From Phoronis australis (Eukaryota; Animalia; Phoronida), in the NCBI GenBank assembly GCA_002633005.1, contig NMRA01000144.1, positions 778,485 through 842,484 on the forward strand: a stretch of DNA of 64,000 nt. The letters are read 5' to 3'. Made by a program: the position numbers and the translations under genes. The stretch's first letter is position 1; the number at the start of each line of letters is the position of its first letter. Positions 21,801-31,500 of this stretch are shown one piece after another. The notes under the pieces are model-generated. The model was not told the origin of the DNA and ran no database searches. It was given only the letters and a program-made list of their open reading frames with translations.

Positions 21801-23845
21801 CTAGCGTCATCTATCGGCGATTTGCTACAACGCACTATTCCTTTTTCATCAGTCAACATCATTGGTCGATTTCGTCAATTATTAACGTCATCGTTATTAA
21901 TCATCGTACGTCTGCTTTCGTCATCACCTTCGTCGTCTCTCTCACGATCGTATCTGTCATCGTCATGTTATCGTCGTCCATGTTGACTGATGAAAAAAGA
22001 ACAGCGCGTGGTGTAGCAAATCACCGATAGATGGCACTATAGATATAGTAATTTCCCTGAAATGGCTGCCGATTTGTGGACCAAGTTCGGAATGGCGTAG
22101 TTATAGACTAGAGTAATTGTGGGTCGTGAAAAGGATTTGTACGGATAGCCAGATGTCTGAGGAATGCAAAGATACCAAAATCATTCATTTAGACCAACAT
22201 TTAATGTATTTATTTGGAATAAGTTAGGGTCCATTATATCCGACTAGTGCCCCCTAAGGGCTCCATATGCCAGAAGCTTTTCGGCGAATTATACCTCACA
22301 CTGATTAAAAAATCAGTCACGTTGTTACAAGTACCTTTTGCGCATAGAGGGACACCTTACGAGGCTGTTGATGTCTTGAATTCCTTCCAACTCGAACAAA
22401 TACATGAGCACTCTTGTCCTCAATTTCAGTTTTGATGACCATTAAACAGTACACACCATGGAATTTTGCACATTTTGAATTAACGGTGGCCACAGACTAA
22501 ATGTATGACGTAAAATTTAGCTAAACCCATGTTTATTTTGTGTAATTAGCTCGAAATTTTGATTTTTCTTTCAATTTTGCCAATTTTCACATTTCCCGCC
22601 ATGTGACGTCATGGGTTGAACACAACAGATCAGTGACCAGCATTGAACAATGGCGGAGAGCAGTGAATTTGAAAGCGACGACGATTATGAGCAAGAATTA
22701 AATAAATACTATGAAGAAACGTACGGGAATGGTGGCCAGGATGAGGAAATGGGGTTGCACGAAAGCGAGAACAAGTTTGATGTCCTTCCGGCTGCGTACT
22801 TTTCTACTTTGAGCCTTACGAACTGGATCCTCCCGCGAGAGAACCGGCCTCGGGCTCGGCGAGTCAACCCAGTCATCCAACAGACGATCCTGAATTAAGA
22901 GCCGATGTTTCTGAATGATAAATATTGTCCTTTATTGAACCAGGCCTTCATCGTAACATCTCCTGTGACTGGAGTTGAAACACGAGTCCTCAAAGTGGGC
23001 AAAACACAGAGTGGCCCCGGACCGAATCGCTTGGTCCACGATGAGGTCCCACACTCTCGTTCGGCGCACGAAGCGATGTCACTTCAGCGCAACTTTGGTG
23101 TCCTTCGGAACACCGAGACGTTCTCCGCCTGTCTGCTGTTGCTGCAGCCTCCGGCAACATATCTTTTGATCCCTCTACGAACCTTCTCGACGCTAAATGT
23201 ACTTTGCTTTCACTTCACTCTATACACTTGGTCTCTGATCCGAACAGTATGGCGAACGACTTGGGTTCAACCCATGACGTTGTACATAATTATTATTTTT
23301 TTCAATTTTTGCGTGTTTCTTTATGAGCTGTGCACTAAAGGCACTGAAATCAAGTAAGATATAATAATAAAATTTATTTTGAGGTACTAGAGTCATGTTG
23401 TGTACACTTTAAAAACCCCATGGCATAAGGCATAATCATAAACCACAAGGGCAAGGCACAAGCATTAATTTAGCGAAATTGCGTTACCTTCAGTCAGGTG
23501 CAGGTATCAGTTTGGCTCACCAATCTGCGCCAAACTGAAGTGCGCCAAATCAGTTTGGAGCAGACTAGACATCAGTTTGGGATGCAACCGTCAATAGTGA
23601 CTAGGCCTATCTGCCAAGGCAATATATCAATATATGGCCAGGCACATGGCTACTAAAAATTCTTGGCTCGAGGTGAATTTATAATGTCTATGGCCGGGGC
23701 ATACCTTCTGCAGTTCCATTAATTTTTGTATAAGCTGGTTTATTTTAATAGTAGCTACGCTTCCGGTGCACCCAATGAGAATATTCTTTGAACCACCGCT
23801 ACTTTTCGCATTTTCTGCCTCACGAGTGAAGTCAGTCTCCTCCAT
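9773..23845 (-). CDS. PPCDC: Phosphopantothenoylcysteine decarboxylase (CoA biosynthesis flavoprotein), 5 coding exons, about 202 aa
   Basis: Exons 23845-23705, 18284-18189, 17654-17526, 11881-11713, 9846-9773; all GT-AG and phase-consistent. HFCD motifs ILIGCTGSVATIK, PVLHIELRRWADVLVIAPLDANTLAKMANGMCDNLL, PAMNTYMW, LACGDLGCGAMA. Confidence 0.97.
9869..11432 (-). mobile_element. Helentron-associated / DINE-1-like non-autonomous element, copy 1 (spans the assembly gap)
   Basis: Reverse complement of 39266-40766 with high identity; terminal hairpins, subterminal inverted repeat ATGCGCCCACA, (GGAC)n-like tract. Confidence 0.85.
10394..11011. other. Assembly gap (N run)
   Basis: 618 consecutive N inside the internal tandem array of the repeat. 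Confidence 1.
11713..11881 (-). CDS. PPCDC: PPCDC coding exon 4
   Basis: TCVVRAWDLQRPLLFAPAMNTYMWDHP...KKLACGDL; ag/gtaagt junctions. Confidence 0.96.
14516..16215 (+). mobile_element. Old Kolobok-like DNA transposon derivative with THAP relic
   Basis: Imperfect TIR AGGAGAATGCCACCC / GGGTAACATGCTCCT; flanks TTCA and TTAA. THAP remnant CIFPACSN*...LPRESEMLRKWIMVVKN...KHLRVCG at about 14697-14880. Confidence 0.7.
16915..17125 (+). mobile_element. CR1/L2-type LINE endonuclease fragment
   Basis: ILAHLNVRSLLSKIEDI...DVLCFSEIWLNCSISDGEISIDDYNLCRKDR is the APE-like endonuclease N-terminus. Confidence 0.85.
17526..17654 (-). CDS. PPCDC: PPCDC coding exon 3
   Basis: SWKKIPDPVLHIELRRWADVLVIAPLDANTLAKMANGMCDNLL; absent from the ORF track; ag/gtaggt junctions. 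Confidence 0.96.
18189..18284 (-). CDS. PPCDC: PPCDC coding exon 2
   Basis: VNIQVITTEHATHFFNPDALPVKVHRDIDEWQ; ag/gtaaag junctions. Confidence 0.95.
18948..19245 (+). pseudogene. KolX / P2X7 C-terminal (ballast)-like Cys-rich protein, truncated
   Basis: GYMFEPEY...RRGDTSWCKCTVCVVMPTSMECLCCSE motif. Confidence 0.8.
19245..20023 (-). pseudogene. Kolobok transposase N-terminus with THAP domain, frameshifted and truncated
   Basis: MPHCCCVPEC (ATG at 20023), frameshift, LHRFP...RVCGKHFLPSSYERD...RLKKDAIP; then KFIVD / LFRRCQVCG...GAQVTIQWECVTGH. Confidence 0.85.
21061..21165. mobile_element. 105-bp palindromic mini-MITE
   Basis: GGGTCCCTCTTCAAAATGGCTGCCGGG...CCCGGCAGCCATTTTCAAGAGGGACCC; almost the whole element folds back. 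Confidence 0.8.
21568..22255. mobile_element. Foldback MITE with about 270-bp TIRs
   Basis: AGGGGGGCACTAATCCGATATAATGGACCCTAACTTATTCC... is inverted at ...GGAATAAGTTAGGGTCCATTATATCCGACTAGTGCCCCCT; core rich in TCGTCA. Confidence 0.9.
22446..23408 (-). mobile_element. Kolobok derivative (KolX-like N-terminus on plus, THAP on minus)
   Basis: TTAA at 22442-22445 and 23409-23412. Imperfect TIR ACAGTACACACCATG / CATGTTGTGTACACT. Internal IR ACGTCATGGGTTGAAC at about 22606 and 23265. Minus-strand VAGGCSNSRQ...PKD...FVRRTRVW...LCFAHFEDSCF. Plus-strand acidic ORF at 22650 with a frameshifted AY/FEPY motif. Confidence 0.75.
23705..23845 (-). CDS. PPCDC: PPCDC coding exon 1
   Basis: MEETDF...KNILIGCTGSVATIKINQLIQKLMELQK; donor gtatgc. 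An in-frame upstream ATG at 23890 is also possible. Confidence 0.92.
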
Positions 23846-24761
23846 TCGTCCCGTGCATGCTTCTGAGACGTCCGCTAGGTGGCAGCTCATATTTTGATTC
23901 AAAATGTTGTCATTGGAAGTTTTTGTTGTTATTTATATGTTGCCACTGCAAGTTGTTTTTTAATTTCATTGCTAAGCGTGAAAAGTCATGACCTTTTTGA
24001 TAAGCGCACCTGTTGCGAGCATGCGCAAGGTGATTTGTTTTGTTTACACTCAAAATGGCGGCACGTGTTTATTTTGAGGTCGCTCTTTTGTTAACTAGTT
24101 TCGTCTGCTTCTTTAGCCCTTGGTCGTGTTGAAAGAGCATACCTTTGTTGACTTATCGATGCGATCGATAACAGCACCATAAACTTGTTACGATCGCATC
24201 CTCTTGCCTATTCACCAATGAGGAGCTGTTCACAAGATTATGACAATCAATCACTCTGATCACCAACCGTGCGAATGAATGAGCGGTTTTTGAAATGCGA
24301 GTGACATCATAGTTGATTGTTTTTGTGCCACCGCCGTGCGGACTAAGTATTGAACCCAGTTCTCAGCCAATATTTGCATAGGACTTTCAGTGAAAGCAAA
24401 GTGACGTAGGAGAGAAGATACAGCGTTGCTGTGTTGACAATGCAATTGATTTCTCTGCCACTGGCGAGTAAAGCGGAGACTGTACTCCTTAGCAACTGAG
24501 CTGCGAACGAACTAGTTAGCTACTACAGTGCCCACTTTCTGTCACGTTGGGGAATTTGGCATGACATGAAAGCCCAGAGTTCCTGGATATTGCTAATGTT
24601 GTTTCACCAATCTCTAACATTTACGAACACAGCTTAAGTAAATGCACCAGCCATTCCATAAATCAATTTGAGTTTAGTAGCCAAAACTATTTGCTGCTTT
24701 ACCTCAGGTGGGCTGGATCTTGGAACAGTGACCATTGTTGACGCATCACTTCACAGAAAAG
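23846..24761. promoter_or_regulatory. Bidirectional promoter / 5' region shared by PPCDC and the NWD-like gene
   Basis: Divergent start codons 917 bp apart. NRF1-like GAGCATGCGCA at about 24017, YY1 CAAAATGGCGG at 24051-24061, CCAAT at about 24215, X-box-like GTACTCCTTAGCAAC at 24482-24496. Confidence 0.6.
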
Positions 24762-24850
24762 ATGGGTTGTAGTAGTTCTGCCCAGCAAGGCAGCAGAGAC
24801 AGTGTACCATCGAGGAACTATGAGTACGAAAAGGACAAATCACAGGAGGC
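24762..24850 (+). CDS. NWD-like coding exon 1 (MGCSSS...)
   Basis: MGCSSSAQQGSRDSVPSRNYEYEKDKSQE; acceptor at 24707, donor gtatgt; phase 2 fits the exon at 32836. Confidence 0.75.
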
Positions 24851-27800
24851 GTATGTATTTTTATGATTTGTTTACAGCAGCCATTGAAACCATTACCATT
24901 TATATCTAAAACAGTTTGTAGGAACTTTTCATGGATCTTGCATGTCGCACGGGGCCGACTACATTTTCTGTATGAAGCTGAGCAAAAGTCACGGGCATTC
25001 ACAATGGTCATTTTGGCCGTCATTGACTAGAGGAGGGTTCCTAATAAATATACTTTAAATGAATTTCACGAGCAAACTTAATTTGCTATTTACTAGCTCG
25101 AGGTAAAATCTCACTTATTTAGGACTCAATGTAGACCAGAATTGAGCTTTTATAGGTGCGTTCACTATTTTCAAGTATTCTACCATGGATCTAAACAATA
25201 TTTTTGAAAAGTTGTATGTATTTAGAACAGTGTTCTTTTTCCGTTATACCAACCAGCGACCCACGAACATGCGTGTAAGGTACATGCATGACTAAACAGT
25301 GGTCTAAGTGTGTTTTGATAAAATTGTTCTATAGATGAAATGTCTAAAATCTCTTAAAGAGTTACTCAGCAGTTGTCAAATTTATTGTTTGTGTCTTTTT
25401 AATGCACCTTTAGATTTTTTTTTCAAATCCAACAGGTCTTAGTTCCGACTGCAGCTTGATGCAAAAGTGGAAAATTTCAGAACTTATGTTTTCATTGAGT
25501 ATCTGTCACCATCAAATTGGGTCAGATCAGATGTGGATCTAAAGAGGAGGTCCAAGGGTCACTTTGACACTGCTGTCATGGAGGAATATCAAGCCCCCAC
25601 TTTTTTGTCCCTTGTCAGATCATGGATCCGTAACTGCATTCTTCACCATGAAAAGCAACCACCGACTTTGTAGAATATTAGAATAAAATATTAAAAAATA
25701 TTACTCATGTTGTACTATATAATATGTTTTGTGAGCCAAACATATGCAAGAAGATTAATTGTACATGTGTGGAGTGTCAGACACTAATTTGGATTAAAAC
25801 GATTTCGACTGCATATCTTCTCCATGAAAAGCGACCACTGACTATAGAATATAGGAATAAAATAGTAAAAGATATTTTTCATGTTGTACTATAATATGTT
25901 TTGTGAGCTAAACATATGCAAGAAAATTAGTTGTACATGTGTGGAGTGTCAGACACTAATTTAGATTTAAACGATTTCAAAAACTGATTTTGCAATTGTA
26001 AATGGAATCATGGAACTGTATAGTTTTTCCTTTGAAGCAGTTAATGGTTCTTGACAGAATGTTGTGAGTTGTGTTAATGAAAATTATCAGCTTTAACTAA
26101 CCTGTTCACTGCGTAGAAAATCAATAAAATAATACGCCTGAAATTTACTCTGCTATAAACGTAAGTATCCTATTAACGATAACTTCAATTAAACGTTTTC
26201 TTTTCAGTTTGTTCAAGGTTACTGTATAGAATTTATTGTCAATTAGTTATTTGCCATTGGTATAAAAGTTAAGAATTTGAAATTTACTTGATTATTCTGT
26301 CTAGACTCTAGAGAATGTTTTTAAAAATTGCATATAAATGCCATGGAATTTTTTATAAATATTCATTAAGTACCATAGTTCATAGGTTCTAGATGCATGT
26401 TCAGTATGTTTGCTTTGAAAAAATCCTTTCTGTAGTTGTGTACATGCATTAAATGTAGCTACAAGTCTCCGTTATTCCAAGGGACCAGTTGTCATTTGAA
26501 CAAAATTGATCAATACTTGCTTTAAATTTTTGTAAACTTTGCATTAACAGAACATTCCCACCCCTGTTATACCATATATTATTGCATTCAAGGCCAGAGG
26601 CCCAAAGTACAACAACAAACATACATACAAGCACAGTTAAATGCAAAACATTGAGTTAAAAAATTTTTGTCTACATGCTGTGGCTAAGTGTACGAACTTT
26701 GCAATGTTAGACAAAGGTGACTTGTTTAAGGTTATGTAGAACTCTTAGAAAAACGTTCAGATTTGACCAACTTCCAAAACTTCATATCTCAGAAATTTAG
26801 ATGAAACTCAGATGTTCTCTACTTTATGCCGTGTTCTTCAAGAATGTGTTTGGAATTATTTTTAAAATGTTCAACGTTTGCATGAGGAACTAAGAAAAAA
26901 TAGGATTTTTATTATTTTTATGGAAAAAATCAAGTCGCACAAAGTGAAAGTGACAAAATAATTTTTAAAAATGTAGTGTAATGATTTTGAGATTTTATTT
27001 ATGTGTATATGAAATGAAATTTGATCATGTTTCTGATACCATTGTTTTACTTGTGCCATTTTTTGCTAAATTTTACTTAAGAGACATGGTCACGTAACCT
27101 AATTTAACAGCAGATTGGTAATTCTACTGGCTTTTTACTTAAAGAAAAAATAAATTTTTCTGAGTTAAAATCTATAGTATTGGATATATTTAAGGAAGCC
27201 TGTAACATGATAAACAGACTGCAATATTGAAAGTGGTTCTCTGTCACTGAAACAAAATTCAACCTGCTCAACAGGCATTTTTAGGGTTTGTTTGCAAAGA
27301 TTTTTAATTTCTGTTGATTACAAAGCATTTTCTTTTAGTTTCAAATTTCAAAAAAAAACAATCTGTCAACTGCTCACATCTCCGTCGTTTTTTCTCGCAC
27401 TAGGCAAAGCATGCGTCCTTATTTGGTATGGCAAGACATAGACGTAGCACATTTTCTTATATGGAGAACGTGACCTTTGACATCAGGCAACTGACTGTAA
27501 GCGCATGTGCACATTCGTGATAAGTGTGAGGGAGATTAGAAATTCACCTTCCCATGTATAATTTCAAAAACTGTGAATTGTGTGATTTTTTTCTGGAAAT
27601 TTTCTCACAAGGGAAAGTGAATTACTCTGTAATAAATGTTGCGAGATGATACTTTTGTCAGGAATTGATATTTTTGATGAGCTTTCGCATTCCATGCCTC
27701 TTTAAATAAATTGCACTGACTTGTTGACAAGGTCCTACATAGGCTAACCTTAGAATTTATGCAAAGTCTAATAGACTGCATTTTAAGGTTACCTTATAAC

Positions 27801-28538
27801 CACAGTATAATTATACTTTGCATCATAGTATTTGATTCAAATGTAAAAAGTGCTCAAAGCCACCTGTACATGCATTCTCTAACAGCCAGAACAATTGAAT
27901 GCTTTTGAGTTTGTCTTGCTAAGTTATTTGTGTGTTGCAGGTCATACGTTGTTTCACCTGCTGTGTAATTGTCAAATGATGCATTTAGCTTGTACAGCTT
28001 TACCTTGAAACTCGCGTAGGAACTTAATTAAATACTGTGCTGTAGGAAATTAGTTGTGAATCTCTCCTGGGAAATTTACTGTTTCTGTCAATTTTGATGA
28101 GCACGCAGAAACTGTCTCGCATTCTACCATCATCAGGAAAAAATAGTGCAGGTGGTCCCACACATTGCATCAGACGTGCGCAGGCCACTCAGCTGGGTCA
28201 TTGCACCAATTACGTGACACTGTGTTTCATTTATTAACATAATACATATGGACATATACACAAATTATGACCAAGCTAGAGCTAAGCCTATATACCTTAC
28301 TTACCAGTGAGGTATAGTGGGATGTGAACCTATACGCCCTAAGGAGGGAGACACTTAACCAGGCTGGGCCATGACTGCTTCTTCCTGTCAATGTTGATGA
28401 GAGTGTGAGGAAACTCGCTCGCTTTCTGATGGCATTTTCATATTTATTGTGGTAAACTGTGATTTATTTTGTCCTTTTTTTCTGAAATTCTGGATCGCAT
28501 TTTTGCATTTTATCATCAAGTGTCGTCTACATTATCAG

Positions 28539-28583
<45 letters not shown>

Positions 28584-31500
28584 TTCTCAGCGGAAAATTT
28601 AAATGTTTGGAATTAAAAAATTCAAGTACTGCGGTACGTGTTCAAAGGTCTACATTCGTGCCGTGAAGAATTTGTATGATAGGTCGTGCAATAAATGTAT
28701 TGAACTGTAAGGACAAAAGGCATTCTCGTTGCTGCAACCATTCAAAACTAGTTAAGCTTGATTCAGCCTGACACATGTGAAGTTGAGATTTTCCTTTGAT
28801 GATCAGATCCTCGTGTTAGTGTTCTGTTATTACCTGTACCTATAGCCACTAAAAGTATTTGATGTCTTTCACATACATGCCATTGACAGTTCATGTCATT
28901 GTCAATTGAACATGTTGGCAGTATATTTGACACTTCAACTCATGTTTACTTTGCATTGTATTACTTAACTGCATTGGTTTGCTACTGCTTAGTAACATGT
29001 AATCATCAAGTAAACCTGTCTGAGTGTTTAAAATTAAAGTCTAAAAAATCAGCAGCATTGGCGTTTAAAAAGAAAGTCAAACTTTCAAAAGCTTATATCA
29101 TGATTATGAGGTCATGTTTTTCTGTAGATAACGCTTTCGTTTCTTTGTAGCAGATTTTAAAGAATTGTGTTTTGTAAGTGTATGCTCTTCCTTGGCTTCA
29201 CATTCACAGACATGGCAGTTAATTAACAGTAAGATCAATCCTAGCTCATCGGAGCTGATTCTGGCCAGTGGCAGACTCTGTACTTGTGTAAACTCCTGGA
29301 ATTTAAACGAAGCTTGTCAATCTTGAAAAACTTGGGCAGGGAAGTTTAAAATTTTACCTTATTTAAAATACAGCTTTAACTGAAAACAACAGTTACAGGT
29401 ATGTAAAAGTCCTCATTGTCTCTGAGTTCCTCATCCTGATTCTATGCGCATCTTTAGCAAAGAATATTCAATACAAATTAAGACATTGTGGAGAGAACTC
29501 CAACCGTGCTGTTGTTACCGCCGAGTGCCATCAATAAGGCCGAATATATATGTCACCTGAAGTCTTTGAAAATTTGGCCAATCGTAGCCTTTCCAGTGCA
29601 ATTTATGGCGACAAATGTCACTTAAAGTCATTTTTATTTATACTATTTCAGTTTGTTAATCAATATTGCACTTTTAGGCATGCTCGGTTTTGTCTAAACG
29701 GAATAATCTTGCCCAGAAAATTTTCCTCCCCTTAATTACATTTTCCAAATTTTAAACTTGTACATAGCTGGCATATTAAAAGGTTACCAAATCTGGTTTT
29801 TGACCTAGTAACAGATATTGAAAATGACTTTCCCATCCAATTCTCTGAAACAAAATAATGCTCTGTAACCCTCGACAACCGGAGTAAAATTTGAAACTCC
29901 TTACGAAGTCTGCTAACGGGCAAGCGTAACCCATGGTTTTAGTGAATTACTGGGCAACTACGGAAAAGACCACCTACCAAGAACCATAATATCCAATCTG
30001 TGACTTAGGGAGTATTAGTTTTTCGTTGATTCCTGTTTTTATCTCCAAGATTGACGCCAATGATGCATTAGCAGATGACAGAACAGGGTTGGAGTAAGCA
30101 AAAAAGGGTTCAGTATCCTTTTAAAGTATAAAAACTTTGTTGTTTCATTTATTTTCTAAACATATTGACAAAATTTGACATTTATGAGCACGAGATCCTA
30201 AAAGTTAGAGGATGATCTCTTTCATACATGCTAGTATTGTGATTAGATGTGAACTTCACTATAATTTTGCCACAGTTGCCAATCCCACTGATTTCATTTC
30301 AAAATGAAATTCAAAAGTAGACTTTTAATGTTAATTTCTGATGTCCAATTGCTTCTAGAGATACAGTTAACATTGCTATCTCCCTAGTATAGTCCAAACT
30401 TTGATATCATGACATCTGGTTGGCTGATCAAATCCTGTACTCAAAATCTCCTAATATGAAATCAATTTGTTTTCTTCTTAAAAATTGCATTGAAGTGTCA
30501 TCTTCAGTCGATCATGGCCCAGGCGTATAAGGATAGGCCAACCTTGTAAAAATAGATGAAATCTTGCCATGGTTTGTATTTGCGAGTGCTTTGAATGGTC
30601 TTTTTAGGGTCGTCTGATCACAGAATAGACCGGATGACTGATGCAGGTGTTATGTGTTAAATCCTGGTTTAAATAATTTCAGTTTTTGATGAGTATCATA
30701 AGGGAAAATATCAAACCTTGTGTAGTGCAAATCATGTCCAGGTTAAGTAAAATCTCACATATTACAGTAAAAAATCCTGAATTTAGGCCAGGGTCCTGAA
30801 TTTCGGACACCTAAATCCAACCCAAGCTGAATTTTTTAGATTCTGAAATTTGGGACCCGGTCGAATTTGGCATTCACCATCATTCTCAAATTTTGAACAC
30901 CTCAATTTTATCGGCATTTGTTGTAATTCTCACATTTCGGACAGTGCGCTTTTTCGTATGATCGGGGGCTGAATGTAAGTCTGAAATTTCATCAAGTAAC
31001 GGTGATGATTTATACATCGTTTAAAACTGCCGCCGGTGTAATGTATTGACTGATGTCACAGTCTATAGTTATTGATGCGGATGGTCTGTGAATATCTTGC
31101 ATGTTTTCTTAGCAGTCGTAATCACGGATTCAAAATATTTGCCACACTTGATCGCGGTTTCACTTTTCAAATAAAAAGTATGTTCTTCAATAATAATCAC
31201 CACAGTGTCATGCTTTGTATTTGGATTAACAGCTAATTAATAAGCACCGGTGATAAGACCGTTGTGTTACCAAGTCAGATCCCAGGTTCACGGCTTCAAT
31301 TTTTTCTGCAAACCTGCAGCCAACTTACCTTCCTATCAGTGCCCCGACCGCTTACTATGCCATGTGCCCAAATCAGCAAAACGATGTTCAGTGTCAAGTT
31401 AAAACAGACTGAAAACGAAAAATCCATGTCTAGTTTGTCGTGCAGTATACGTCATGTTGTTAGTATATCTTTATGTCTCGACCTACCGGCATTCTATTTA

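Larger units (their letters stand above)
21438..23592. mobile_element. Degenerate TIR element hosting nested insertions
   Basis: Inverted ends GTTGCACCCCAAACT...CAAACTGATTTGGCGC...GAGCCAAACTGAT versus ATCAGTTTGGCTC...GCGCCAAATCAGTTTG...AGTTTGGGATGCAAC. Confidence 0.6.

Noticed and set aside
21636-21986. 116-aa Ser-rich ORF
   Set aside because: Lies within a foldback MITE arm and its TCGTCA-rich core; non-coding.
27077-27705. Possible TTAA-flanked Kolobok-type MITE
   Set aside because: The inverted match is only about 10 bp and needs an indel; no coding relic.
28469-28666. Poly-Tyr ORF
   Set aside because: Product of the (ATT)n microsatellite.
29211-30093. Candidate extra NWD micro-exons (about 29374-29398 and 30050-30093)
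   Set aside because: Splice-like signals exist, but phases or stops do not fit after the phase-2 exon 1; exon 1 joins exon 2 directly.
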